Positions 47,827 to 57,778 of a DNA stretch of 64,000 bases are shown piece after piece. The notes under the pieces are model-generated. The model was not told where the DNA came from, did no database searches, and worked only from the letters and a program-made list of their open reading frames with translations. Positions within the stretch are counted from its first letter, which is position 1, and each line of letters begins with the position of its first letter. Made by a program: the position numbers and the translations under genes. Source of the stretch: Thermoprotei archaeon (lineage in GTDB: Archaea; Thermoproteota; Thermoprotei_A; Sulfolobales; Ignisphaeraceae); NCBI GenBank assembly GCA_003661775.1, contig QMWT01000001.1, forward strand, positions 1,199 through 65,198, read 5' to 3'.

Positions 47827-48807
47827 ATGCTTAAGTACTATGCTAAATGGAAAGATCTAGCTCTAAGAACCTTGGAAAGTGAAGTTCTTAACGTTAAGAA
47901 GTGTGAAGATGCTGAACTTGTAGTTGTTAGTGGCATGGGTGGCAGTGGTATCGTCGGCGACTACCTTTCGTCTTTAGCTGATGAAACAGGAAAATATCCC
48001 GTGTTCGTAGTTAAGGACTTCAGCATACCAAAGTGGATTGATTCATCAAGAACATTTATTGTCAGCATAAGTTATTCAGGTGAAACTCTTGAAACTATCA
48101 AGGCGTTCACCTACGTATCGGACCTTGCTAAGTGTATAGGCGTCGTAACCTCCGATGGAAAGCTTGCAGACCTTGCTAAGAGCTATTCCGTACCTCTCCT
48201 ACTACTTGAGCGTGGATATGTACCACGTGCAGCATTCCCAGCTCTACTCTTCGGCACTTTCAAGCTTCTCCATGAGGTAGGTATCGATATACTGCCTCTT
48301 GATATAGTGAAACGTAGTGTTAACGCTATAGACATAGATAGGGCAAAAAGTATAAGTGAGAAACTTGCCTCTTTCCTTGTCACCAGCAAATATCCCCTGA
48401 TTGTTGCGCCTTGGAAATACAGGGCTTTAGCCATAAGATTCAAGAACGAACTCAATGAAAACTCGAAGGTTCCTGCGAAGGTTGAGGTAATACCTGAACT
48501 ATTCCATAACGATATAGTTGGATGGGAGCAGAAGAAATTCGCAGATAAAGCTATTCTAATCACAGGAAGTAATTCCATGAACAAGGAGCTTGTAGAGTTT
48601 TACCGCGGTTTCCTTGAAGACGTAGGGTTCGAAACTTTCGTATTGAAACTCGAAGGTGAAGACTACCTACAAGAGCTACTCTACGGCACTCTTTGTGCCG
48701 GAGTAGCATCAGTACTTCTAGCTTCTGAGCTAGGTGTCGATCCTCTGAAGACCCGATCCATCTCCAGTTACAAAAAGTTCTTGGGAAAGCTGGTATCATC
48801 AGCATAG
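47827..48807 (+). CDS. Bifunctional phosphoglucose/phosphomannose isomerase
   Basis: GMGGSGI, SYSGETLET, PRAAFP, NENSK, PELFHN. Confidence 0.93.
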   Translation: MLKYYAKWKDLALRTLESEVLNVKKCEDAELVVVSGMGGSGIVGDYLSSLADETGKYPVFVVKDFSIPKWIDSSRTFIVSISYSGETLETIKAFTYVSDLAKCIGVVTSDGKLADLAKSYSVPLLLLERGYVPRAAFPALLFGTFKLLHEVGIDILPLDIVKRSVNAIDIDRAKSISEKLASFLVTSKYPLIVAPWKYRALAIRFKNELNENSKVPAKVEVIPELFHNDIVGWEQKKFADKAILITGSNSMNKELVEFYRGFLEDVGFETFVLKLEGEDYLQELLYGTLCAGVASVLLASELGVDPLKTRSISSYKKFLGKLVSSA

Positions 48808-48813
48808 GATTCC

Positions 48814-49629
48814 CTAAGTAATATAGGTGGTTTCTCTACCTGTTCTGCCCTCTTTTCTCTCTACACCTGCCCTCTCTACATATCTACGGTATAGGGATGC
48901 CGCCTCGCGCTCTATACTGCTTCCTTTGGCGATCAGCTCGTCTACCGATACAGGTATGTCGTGGACATGAGAAAGAAATTCCACTAAAGCAGCCGCAGCC
49001 CTATAATCAACTAACTCTAATTCTACTATGACCCTCCACGTCTCACCAAGAGCGCTAATAGCAGCTATATCGTATAGCGAAGCCCAGCCAACAACTATGC
49101 CATTCATTCCCGTTATAACTCCTTCACCGAGCTTAACTGCTCCGTAAGATACGTATTTCTCTACTATCTCAGCATTGTTACCTGCTATGAACACTCTACG
49201 TCTAGCTGAAGGATTTTCGAGATCCATGACAAATGCTGCTGTTGCTACAAGCTCTACTATCCCCCTTTCGCTAAGCTCCCTAACTATAGCATCACTAAGT
49301 TCGTGCTGATGGAGATCAGTAAGAGGCTGCGCATTCCCGGTAACCAGAACTATATCCTTATCCCTAACCTTAGCGTGATAAAAGTCAATGTGAATTATAT
49401 CGGCAACACCATTCTTCTCAACCATTAGCTGTGCAGGGAAGCCACAGTGATACATAACCATGAATTTGCTAGCATTCAGCTTAGTTATCAAGTAGTCAAC
49501 AGCTGTCTTACCCACAAGCCCCATACCAGGAAATCCTATAATAGCAACCCCTCTATCCAGTACAACATTCTTAAGAACCTTTCTCCGTATATACAATGTC
49601 GCCAACACCGCTAACCTCGACCTTAGCAC
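48814..49629 (-). CDS. PAC2-family proteasome assembly chaperone
   Basis: GFPGMGLVGK, GMNG, LGET; C-terminal YIT. Confidence 0.88.
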   Translation of the reverse strand: MLRSRLAVLATLYIRRKVLKNVVLDRGVAIIGFPGMGLVGKTAVDYLITKLNASKFMVMYHCGFPAQLMVEKNGVADIIHIDFYHAKVRDKDIVLVTGNAQPLTDLHQHELSDAIVRELSERGIVELVATAAFVMDLENPSARRRVFIAGNNAEIVEKYVSYGAVKLGEGVITGMNGIVVGWASLYDIAAISALGETWRVIVELELVDYRAAAALVEFLSHVHDIPVSVDELIAKGSSIEREAASLYRRYVERAGVERKEGRTGRETTYIT

Positions 49630-49875
49630 AAGATATACCGGGCTAAAAACGTTTCTCTAAGCCAAAACCCTTTTATAAACCCTCTAACCTACAGGGGTTA
49701 GACTTGGTTTATGTATGTAAGAGATGTGGAAAAGTCTTCCGTTCGCGAAGAGCGTACGTGTTTCATATATTGGCAGGACATGGCAAGGTAGGAGGTGTAG
49801 CAACTACCAAAACTGATTATAGAAAAAGAGCGAAGTAAAGCTAAAAACTGCGGCATTAAGAATATGCTATCTGGT

Positions 49876-49952
49876 GGGCCCGTAGCTCAGCCCGGCAGAG
49901 CGCCCGGCTCATAACCGGGTGGTCGGGGGTTCAAATCCCCCCGGGCCCACCA
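49876..49952 (+). tRNA. tRNA with CAT anticodon, most likely tRNA-Ile2 (agmatidine type)
   Basis: CCCGG-CT-CAT-AA-CCGGG; GGGCCCG acceptor is typical of archaeal Ile rather than initiator (A1-U72) Met; CCA encoded. Confidence 0.9.
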
Positions 49953-50924
49953 AAGAATTGAGGTCCTCTCAACTCTTCTATAATGCTTATCCAAGTTCCA
50001 TTCTACCCTATGATCACTATTCAAGAACGCTGCTTACTTTCTCAGGAGATATTCGTAGAACCCGTATCAGAGACCATACCGCATTGATATCGCATCTTAA
50101 ATTCTTTTCACACTCCTTTATACAGTTCTATCATATGACCATTTTGTTCATTGAACGACTGCGGTATGTCCCTCTCAACATAACACGTTCGGGAGGCGTT
50201 CCCGATCTACATTAACGAGAGACGCACCATCCCTAAGGCTCGCCTTTAAGATAGCGCGGGTATTCGGAATGAAGAACGAGGATATTTTCATCTATGACGA
50301 GGATAATGACCCTTAGGTACTTGTAAGACTTCAGGTAACACAGGGTAAACTATGCACAAGGAGTGTGTACCAAGTTGAACCACCTAGCTAGGAGTCCAGT
50401 ATGCACGTGTTAAGATATCTGAATGAACACTTGGACATAGTCTTCGAACACGTCATAACATATGTCCTCGAATGAACGCCGCATTAGCCAAATAGAACTC
50501 CTGCTAGCTCACCACAGGCAGATCCCCGAAGCATACAAAATTACAACACAATCCCGAATTCTAGATATTGCATTACACAGATATGCAGCCAGCCATACTC
50601 ATCTCGAACCTTCCCATCTTCAACGCTTCCTTATGTTCACTACCACCGAACGTTTCCTTCGGGTCTACTATTATTAGTGTTAAGCCAAAGCTTCAAAGCC
50701 CTAGATTCATCACACAGAACAATTATCTTCCATAACCTCTACACCCCTAGCCATATACGGCAAAAGGAACCAGAGGATCTAGGATTAATTAAGATGAATA
50801 CCGTTTCAGTAAAGGTCACGTTCATCATCCTTAGTCTTGCTTATCTCAGCACCGGTCCACATCATCATTAAGGAGCTCGCTCTCCATAATTTCATTAATT
50901 TGCTACCCATCTAATAACGTCTGG

Positions 50925-51440
50925 GTGCAGCTGTTGTTGAAGGAGAAAATCGTGATGTTTTTAATGCTTGCTCTAGGAGGTTTCACTACTTTGACATTCT
51001 CTAGTTTTACGGAGAATCTAATTCTTAGACATACCTACGTGCTAGGGATCTTGGTACTGATGCTTGTAGCACTCGTATCCACACTTATCGAGTTTAAGAT
51101 TTTGGTGCTTACAACAGTATCGCTACTCTATCTGGTAAGTGTAATAGGTCTTATTCTCGAACTTTGTGACGTGCCTCCCTGCATTACAAGATCTTGGTAC
51201 CCCTTTATGTACGTAGACACCAACACGTGCTCTACAACCCCCCATAGTGTTCTTTCACCGTCAATCCCTCAGATATTGGCTGTACTAGCTCTTCATCGAA
51301 CCTATAAACTTTTGGTTTCGAAGCTAGGCAAGACAACAAAGAATATTCATGCTGATTCTACTAGGCATGAAACTTGCAATAATTCTACCGGCGAGATCGT
51401 ATATCTTGGCAGCTTTAAGAAGCACGACGATGTCGCTTGA
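50925..51440 (+). CDS. Hypothetical membrane protein
   Basis: 3-4 hydrophobic segments; 3' end overlaps the convergent gene. Confidence 0.55.
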   Translation: MQLLLKEKIVMFLMLALGGFTTLTFSSFTENLILRHTYVLGILVLMLVALVSTLIEFKILVLTTVSLLYLVSVIGLILELCDVPPCITRSWYPFMYVDTNTCSTTPHSVLSPSIPQILAVLALHRTYKLLVSKLGKTTKNIHADSTRHETCNNSTGEIVYLGSFKKHDDVA

Positions 51441-52043
51441 AGCTACGACAACATCATTATTTTTGCTGTGCGATATCAACGTGGTATCAACCTTTTTGGC
51501 AAGCTCGTAATGTATTTTCTTACCGATAAGTTTTCCGAGTATCTCCGCGGTGATCTTAGCATGTTTAGCACTATGGCTAACAGTGCTATCAAATACGAAT
51601 GTTACGTACCTAACTGGGATCCTAGCTAGGTATTTTCCCATAATTTCTATAGCTGTTAGGAGATACTCCCTTTCGCCATGCCTTAACTTGGCTCCTCTGA
51701 GATCCCTCACAAAACCATCATCACAGATGTAAACTCCTTCGTTCTTCAAGGCAGCGATTATCGTTAACAAGACGTTGTAACCGTCCACTATAAGCTCAAA
51801 ATTTGCCAAATCTACTTCCCGTAGATGTCGCAATGCTACATCTTGTACACATTTAGATGTGTGAACGCATCTATAAAGAAGCATTCTCTCCTTTTGACCC
51901 AGCATGTATCTCTCCGTTACAATGTTGAGAGCTGCCTGCTGGGGATAACCACGATCAAGAAGCCATCTGTAATCAGCAATAGCCTTGCACAACCTTCCGT
52001 TAGTAGCTACCCTGCAGAGGTGGGGAAAGCTTCCCGGAGGCAA
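51324..52043 (-). CDS. DUF434-domain (NYN/PIN-like) protein
   Basis: 'WLLDRGYP', 'VDGYNVL', 'DDGFVRDL', 'ASSD'. Confidence 0.87.
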   Translation of the reverse strand: MPPGSFPHLCRVATNGRLCKAIADYRWLLDRGYPQQAALNIVTERYMLGQKERMLLYRCVHTSKCVQDVALRHLREVDLANFELIVDGYNVLLTIIAALKNEGVYICDDGFVRDLRGAKLRHGEREYLLTAIEIMGKYLARIPVRYVTFVFDSTVSHSAKHAKITAEILGKLIGKKIHYELAKKVDTTLISHSKNNDVVVASSDIVVLLKAAKIYDLAGRIIASFMPSRISMNILCCLA

Positions 52044-52059
52044 ACGTTGTTCCCATCAC

Positions 52060-52578
52060 CTACTCCTTATCGATGTTTATAGGTTCAAATTCTATGTTCA
52101 CAGCTAACCTGATGGCATGTTCATAGGGATTCCTTACTACAACAGCTCCGAAGCCCGGCGGGGAAATAACTCTATAGATAACTAATCCGCTCTCTTCATA
52201 TGAAGGTAGCAAGACAAGTCTTGTACCATTACCACTCATGACAAATTCTACTTCTCTCGGCACATCGCCGTAGGTAGGACTTGATAACCTGATTCTCACT
52301 ATTCCTAGGCAAGGAATAGAGAGAGGAGCTACATACACTCCACCTTGCTCAACTACTATCTGCGTACTGAATAATGCCCGTTTTTCGCATAGGAAGTTAC
52401 GTTCCTTAACGAAGATGGTGGTTGTGATAACACCCCCTTTAGATGTGGGGAACACTAACGTTACACAGCCTCCTAGTAAGCTACCTATAAGGAAGAAAGC
52501 TAGGGCCACTAACCAAGGTCTTTCCTCTGCAAACTCTTCTAAACGTGTAAACATATCCCCTACCCTATTCATAATCAA
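52060..52578 (-). CDS. Hypothetical membrane-anchored protein
   Basis: N-terminal TM helix then beta-rich domain. Confidence 0.65.
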   Translation of the reverse strand: MIMNRVGDMFTRLEEFAEERPWLVALAFFLIGSLLGGCVTLVFPTSKGGVITTTIFVKERNFLCEKRALFSTQIVVEQGGVYVAPLSIPCLGIVRIRLSSPTYGDVPREVEFVMSGNGTRLVLLPSYEESGLVIYRVISPPGFGAVVVRNPYEHAIRLAVNIEFEPINIDKE

Positions 52579-52654
52579 AAGTTATATAACGTAGGTAACG
52601 AAGAAGCCGGCTGGTACAGTTACAAAATGTATGCGTTCAGACAAATCTTCTACT

Positions 52655-53650
52655 TCACATCTTCCTAAGATAGTTGAGGAACATTTCATATAATTCGTAA
52701 GCGCCTGTGAGGAAATCCCTTCCACCTTCAAGCACTTCGTTTATCACGCGCCGCGCTTCGGGGGCTGTCTTGAGGAAGTTATCATAGACTTCTTTTATCA
52801 GCGTCCTCGCAATTTCAACAGTCTCTATTTCTCTACGCCGTCTTCTTCTGGCATCTAGAAGTCCAGTGTCCCTAGCATAGCTCAAGAAATCGTTGATAGC
52901 TTCTACCACACCTTCTACTCCATCCCCATTTATGCTGTTGGTTCTTATTATAGGTGGTACCCAACCATTCCTCTTAACTCCCTCGAGTGCAAGTTTAAGT
53001 TGCATAGCAAACAACTCTGTTTGAGGTAAATCACTCTTATTCAATACATACACATCTCCTATCTCCATGATGCCAGCCTTCAACGCCTGTATATCATCCC
53101 CCATTAAGGGCTGCAGTATTACCACTACAGCATCTACAAGATCCATTATCTTCACATTCACTTGCCCTGCACCGGGATGTTCAATGAGCACGTAGTCAAA
53201 GCCAACAGTACAGAGAAACTCCATTGTGAGAACGGCCTTCCATGGAAGGGGTTCCTCAGGAGGTGTGCTCATGCTGCGGAAGAATGTCCTCTCGTCCAGC
53301 GTCCTTACACGAACCCTATTCCCAAGAAAAGAACCTCCGCTATAAGGACTTGAAGGGTCGACGGCAACTACAGCTACGCTGAAACCCCTTTTTCTCAGTA
53401 CCTTTATCATGTGATTTATAAGGCTACTCTTACCTACACCCGGAGCTCCAGTGATTCCTATGACGAAGCTGCTAGAATTTCCTGTGAATAATCTATCAAA
53501 GTATTTCCTGAGTTTGCCAGGATCCTCCTCAATAAGTGTTATGACCTTAGATATCGACATAGCGTCCTTGGCATTAAGCGCTTTATCTATCAGATTAGAG
53601 AGTCTCAAAGCTTCTCTCCTCTTATCACTGTGCTTCATAGAGCTATGCAT
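52655..53650 (-). CDS. meaB: Methylmalonyl-CoA mutase-associated GTPase
   Basis: GAPGVGKS, DPSSP, GDDIQALKAGIMEI, NKSD. Confidence 0.93.
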   Translation of the reverse strand: MHSSMKHSDKRREALRLSNLIDKALNAKDAMSISKVITLIEEDPGKLRKYFDRLFTGNSSSFVIGITGAPGVGKSSLINHMIKVLRKRGFSVAVVAVDPSSPYSGGSFLGNRVRVRTLDERTFFRSMSTPPEEPLPWKAVLTMEFLCTVGFDYVLIEHPGAGQVNVKIMDLVDAVVVILQPLMGDDIQALKAGIMEIGDVYVLNKSDLPQTELFAMQLKLALEGVKRNGWVPPIIRTNSINGDGVEGVVEAINDFLSYARDTGLLDARRRRRREIETVEIARTLIKEVYDNFLKTAPEARRVINEVLEGGRDFLTGAYELYEMFLNYLRKM

Positions 53651-53693
53651 AGTTTAAAAAGCTAATAAGGTAGCTGACTATGGGGAGCTTTGC

Positions 53694-54128
53694 GTGTCTG
53701 CATCAACTCCTAGACTTGGAGATCGTAAACCAAAGGTTCTTGTAGCAAAATTAGGGCTAGACGGTCATGATAGGGGCGCTAAGATAGTGGCGCGCGCATT
53801 AAAGGATGCAGGATTCGATGTAGTGTACCTCGGCGTACATCAAACCCCGGAGAACGTTGTGAAGACTGCTATAGAAGAGGATGTGGATGCTATCGGCGTA
53901 AGCATACTGTCGGGTTCCCACATAGAGCTGGTATCAGAGCTTAGGAAGCTAATGAAGGAGAGAGGTATAGATATCCCTCTCATTGTAGGAGGGATCATAC
54001 CGCCGTCCGACACCCAACTACTTAAGAGCATGGGTGTTTTTGAGGTCTGTGGTCCAGGGACGCCACTTCGCAAGATCATTGAAATCTACAAAAAAGCTAT
54101 AGAGATTAGGCGAGGTGAGAAGATATGA
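53694..54128 (+). CDS. Methylmalonyl-CoA mutase, cobalamin-binding subunit
   Basis: KLGLDGHDRG (DxHxxG), SILSGSH, GGIIP. Confidence 0.95.
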   Translation: MSASTPRLGDRKPKVLVAKLGLDGHDRGAKIVARALKDAGFDVVYLGVHQTPENVVKTAIEEDVDAIGVSILSGSHIELVSELRKLMKERGIDIPLIVGGIIPPSDTQLLKSMGVFEVCGPGTPLRKIIEIYKKAIEIRRGEKI

Positions 54129-54538
54129 AGATGCTGGGCCTAGATCACATAGCTATAGCTGTGAAGAATTTAGATGAAGCTATAGATACCTTCAAAAAGC
54201 TGTTGGGTGTAGACCCTGAGAAGGTCGAGGAAGTTACGGAGGAGAAAGTTAGGATAGCAGTCTTCGACCTAGGGAATGTGACCGTAGAGCTTCTACAGGG
54301 AATAAGTCCTGATAGCGCGGTGACACGCTTTGTAGAGAAGCGCGGTGAGGGTCTTCATCATATAGCTATCCGCGTTGAGGGTATCAACGAGGCGTGTAAG
54401 GAGCTGGACTCTAAAGGATTCAAGCTGGTATATCCTGAACCTCGTGTTGTTGCTAATGGCGAGCGCAAGATAGAGTTCATACATCCAAAATCTGTTCACG
54501 GAGTGTTAGTCGAACTAGTAGAGAGATTAACGAGATGA
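54125..54538 (+). CDS. mce: Methylmalonyl-CoA epimerase
   Basis: DHIAIAV, GEGLHHIA, FIHPKS, GVLVELVE. Confidence 0.95.
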   Translation: MKMLGLDHIAIAVKNLDEAIDTFKKLLGVDPEKVEEVTEEKVRIAVFDLGNVTVELLQGISPDSAVTRFVEKRGEGLHHIAIRVEGINEACKELDSKGFKLVYPEPRVVANGERKIEFIHPKSVHGVLVELVERLTR

Positions 54539-54544
54539 GGGTTC

Positions 54545-56257
54545 ATGACCATGTGGGACCCCAGCTATATTGAGAAGTTGAAGCAGAAGCTAGCTGAATG
54601 GGAGAAAGAGGTAGTGGAGCCTATACTCAAAAAACTCCCTGAACGCAAACGCGAGTTCTTAACAGAGCAGGGATTCTCATTAAAGAGACTCTACACGCCC
54701 CTTGATCTAGCTGAAAGGAACTGGGACTACCTAGAGAAACTGAGCTTTCCCGGAGAGTATCCCTTTACCCGGGGCGTTTACCCAACGATGTACCGTGGAA
54801 GACCGTGGACTATACGGCAGTACTCAGGGTTCGGATCGGCTGATGACACCAATAAACGATACCACTACCTTCTCAAAATAGGGCAGACTGGGCTCTCAAT
54901 GGCATTCGATCTTCCGACGCAACTGGGGCTAGATCCTGACCATCCACTAGCTTATTACGAGGTTGGCAAGGTAGGAGTTTCAATGCCTTGTGTAAAAGAG
55001 ATGGAGATAGTGTTTGAGGGTATTCCTATGGACAAGATCACCACCTCCATGACTATAAACGCTACAGCGATGGAGATACTCTCGATGTACATAGTCGTAG
55101 CTGAAAGCAAAGGGATACCACGACACGTTCTCGGGGGTACGGTACAGAACGATATTTTGAAGGAATTCATTGCCCGCAACAACTACATCTACCCGCCGAA
55201 TCCATCAGTGCGTTACGCAACAGACTTAATAATATGGGCCGCGAAAGAGATGCCTAAATGGAATAGCATCTCGATCTCGGGTTACCACTTTGAAGAAGCG
55301 GGCGCCACACCTGCTCAAGAAATAGCTTTTACGCTAGCCGATGGTATAGAATATGTTCGCTGGGTCCTAGAAAGAGGCAAGTCACAGGGGTGGCCCGAAA
55401 ATGTGGATCAGTTCGCACCTAGACTGAGCTTCTTCTTCTCTGCGAGAACCAATCTGTTTGAGCAAGTGGCTAAGTTCAGAGCTGCTAGGCGTATGTGGGC
55501 AAAGATCATGAAGGAGCGGTTCGGCGCTAAGAAGCCACGCTCAATGATGCTCCGTTTCCATACCCAGACAGCGGGCGTTACTTTAACAGCGCAGCAACCT
55601 CTAGTAAACCTGATAAGAACCACCATACAAGCTCTCGCAGCAGTTCTCGGAGGTACGCAGTCGTTGCATGTCAATTCATACGATGAAGCGCTTTCACTAC
55701 CGACAGAAGAAGCAGTAAAGTTATCAATAAGAGTCCAACAAGTAATCCTTTACGAGAGCGGAGTTGTCGATACTGTTGACCCGTTGGGAGGGTCGTACTA
55801 CGTGGAGTGGCTAACCGATATGCTCGAGGAAGAGGCATGGAAGATAATTGACCAGATCGAACATGTGGGCGGTATGCTGAAGGCTATAGAGGCAGGGTGG
55901 CCGCAGGCTGAAATAGCGAGATCTGCTTACGAATATCAGCTCAAAGTCGAGAAAGGGGAGATACCTATAATAGGTGTCAACATCTTCGTCGAGGAGGAGG
56001 AGCCGCGGATACAGATGCTTAAGGTAGATCCCAAAGTCCGTGAGAGAGTAATAAGCAGACTCAAGAAGTTCAGGGAAGAACGCGATAGGGAGGCGTTAAA
56101 GAGAGCACTGGACGAAGTTAGGAGAGCTGCCGAGAAGGAGGATGTGAACCTAATGCCCTACATACTCAACGCCATTAAGTCCAGGGCTACTCTTGGAGAA
56201 GTCAGCAGCGTACTTAGGGAGGTATGGGGTGAATGGAGAGCTCCCGAAGTAATCTAG
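54545..56257 (+). CDS. Methylmalonyl-CoA mutase, substrate-binding subunit
   Basis: PFTRGVYPTMY, RQYSGFG (Tyr, MCM-type), QNDILKEFIAR, ISISGYH. Confidence 0.95.
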   Translation: MTMWDPSYIEKLKQKLAEWEKEVVEPILKKLPERKREFLTEQGFSLKRLYTPLDLAERNWDYLEKLSFPGEYPFTRGVYPTMYRGRPWTIRQYSGFGSADDTNKRYHYLLKIGQTGLSMAFDLPTQLGLDPDHPLAYYEVGKVGVSMPCVKEMEIVFEGIPMDKITTSMTINATAMEILSMYIVVAESKGIPRHVLGGTVQNDILKEFIARNNYIYPPNPSVRYATDLIIWAAKEMPKWNSISISGYHFEEAGATPAQEIAFTLADGIEYVRWVLERGKSQGWPENVDQFAPRLSFFFSARTNLFEQVAKFRAARRMWAKIMKERFGAKKPRSMMLRFHTQTAGVTLTAQQPLVNLIRTTIQALAAVLGGTQSLHVNSYDEALSLPTEEAVKLSIRVQQVILYESGVVDTVDPLGGSYYVEWLTDMLEEEAWKIIDQIEHVGGMLKAIEAGWPQAEIARSAYEYQLKVEKGEIPIIGVNIFVEEEEPRIQMLKVDPKVRERVISRLKKFREERDREALKRALDEVRRAAEKEDVNLMPYILNAIKSRATLGEVSSVLREVWGEWRAPEVI

Positions 56258-56354
56258 TTCGGTCATAATCAAAATAGCCTACATCATTTACCCAAGGCAG
56301 AATAGTAAATTAAGCCTCTTACTATCTAGATCCTTAGCTAACGGAGTTGAAACC

Positions 56355-57773
56355 ATGAGCAGCGATATCGACAAGGATCTTGATAGGCTCATAGAAGAGA
56401 TCGTGGAGAAGAGGGAGCCCTCTCTAACCACTAGACAATTAGGAAGAAGCGTAGGGGCACCGCCCAGAAAACTACAGGACATCACACGCGTTTCCACAGG
56501 CATACCCGAGCTTGATAAGGCATTAGAGGGAGGAGTGCCCAAGGGTAGCTGGGTTGCTATAACGGGAGAACCTGGTACAGGAAAATCCATTATGTGCATG
56601 CACTTCGCATATGCGGGGCTTAAAGTTGGAGATCCAGTCATATACATCACGACCGAAGCCGAATTCCGGGATGTTGTCAGACAAGCTAAGCAGTTCGGGA
56701 TGGATTTTGAAGAGTATCCAATATACAATTTGGGCGGAAAAGAACCTGATGAAACTCCAAGGATAGTAGTCATCGATATATTCGGCTTGCTGAAAATGGC
56801 TAGACAGTTAAGTCTTGATAATTCTGAAAGTGATGTAGCAAGGAGAAGGAGATACGCTGCACTTGAGATACCAACTTTAGTAGCTGCCATTCACGAAGCA
56901 TACCAAGTATTGGGGGTAGTCGACGAAGGAAGAAAATCGCCCCGAACCCATGTAAGGCTTGTGGTAGATTCAATGAGTGCTTTTTGGGCTGACAAACCTG
57001 CTATGGCTAGGAGGTATAGCTATGAGCTCAAAATAGCAACACACCGAGAAAATGTAACCGCATACCTAGTAAGTCAATACGCAATGACCACAAAGAGCTT
57101 GGATAGCACTACACCAGTACCGATAGTGTGCAAAGAGCGGATTGTGTTCACTGAGATAGGGGAGCTCTACAATAAGCTTGGGGAGCTCATGAAACTCTGC
57201 GGGCGTAACGGCGTACTTATGACGTACTCTGTCGATATCTCTAATGGAAGAGTAGTGCTGGGAAGGATACGTGGCGTCATAAGGCATTCTGCACCTAAGA
57301 TTCTGTACCGTGTAGTCACAGTTGATGACAGAGAAGTTATAGTAACCTCTGATCACAGCATCTACTCTGTTAGGAAGGGCAGGCTCATTCCGGTGACCGC
57401 AGACACACTGAGAAGAGGTTCAAAGCTTCTAGCGTTCGACCGCGATAGCGGATCTAGCAGAGTTAAGGAGGTGGAAGTAGCTTATGTAGAGCCCGTCGAA
57501 CCTACTACAGAGTACGTCTACGATATATCTGTCGAGTTTCACGAAAACTTTCTTGCAGGCAAAGGCATGCTGCTGGCCCATAACAGCACCTTTGGGTTTG
57601 GTTTAGAACACATAGCCGATGGTGTTTTCCATTTGTGGATGGAGGACGTTGAAAAAGCTAAAGAGGTAAGAAGATACTTCATCATAAAGAAGATGCGTAT
57701 GACTAACCATACCCGGAAGGCGTTTCGTTTAGAGATCGTTGACGGTAGAGGCATTGTTCTCGAAGAGTTGTGA
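56355..57773 (+). CDS. KaiC-domain ATPase interrupted by an intein
   Basis: GEPGTGKS, VVDS; removing the intein restores 'SQYAMTTKSTFGFGLEHIADG'. Confidence 0.93.
   Translation: MSSDIDKDLDRLIEEIVEKREPSLTTRQLGRSVGAPPRKLQDITRVSTGIPELDKALEGGVPKGSWVAITGEPGTGKSIMCMHFAYAGLKVGDPVIYITTEAEFRDVVRQAKQFGMDFEEYPIYNLGGKEPDETPRIVVIDIFGLLKMARQLSLDNSESDVARRRRYAALEIPTLVAAIHEAYQVLGVVDEGRKSPRTHVRLVVDSMSAFWADKPAMARRYSYELKIATHRENVTAYLVSQYAMTTKSLDSTTPVPIVCKERIVFTEIGELYNKLGELMKLCGRNGVLMTYSVDISNGRVVLGRIRGVIRHSAPKILYRVVTVDDREVIVTSDHSIYSVRKGRLIPVTADTLRRGSKLLAFDRDSGSSRVKEVEVAYVEPVEPTTEYVYDISVEFHENFLAGKGMLLAHNSTFGFGLEHIADGVFHLWMEDVEKAKEVRRYFIIKKMRMTNHTRKAFRLEIVDGRGIVLEEL
57096..57584 (+). mobile_element. Mini-intein, 163 aa, no homing endonuclease
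   Basis: Ser1 (SLDSTT), block B TSDH, block F YVYDISV, terminal HN followed by Ser+1. Confidence 0.92.
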
Positions 57774-57778
57774 ACGCT

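Noticed and set aside
49876..49952. Calling the CAT tRNA tRNA-Met
   Set aside because: It lacks the initiator A1-U72 pair, and the GGGCCCG acceptor fits archaeal Ile2 better; not fully excluded without a model search.
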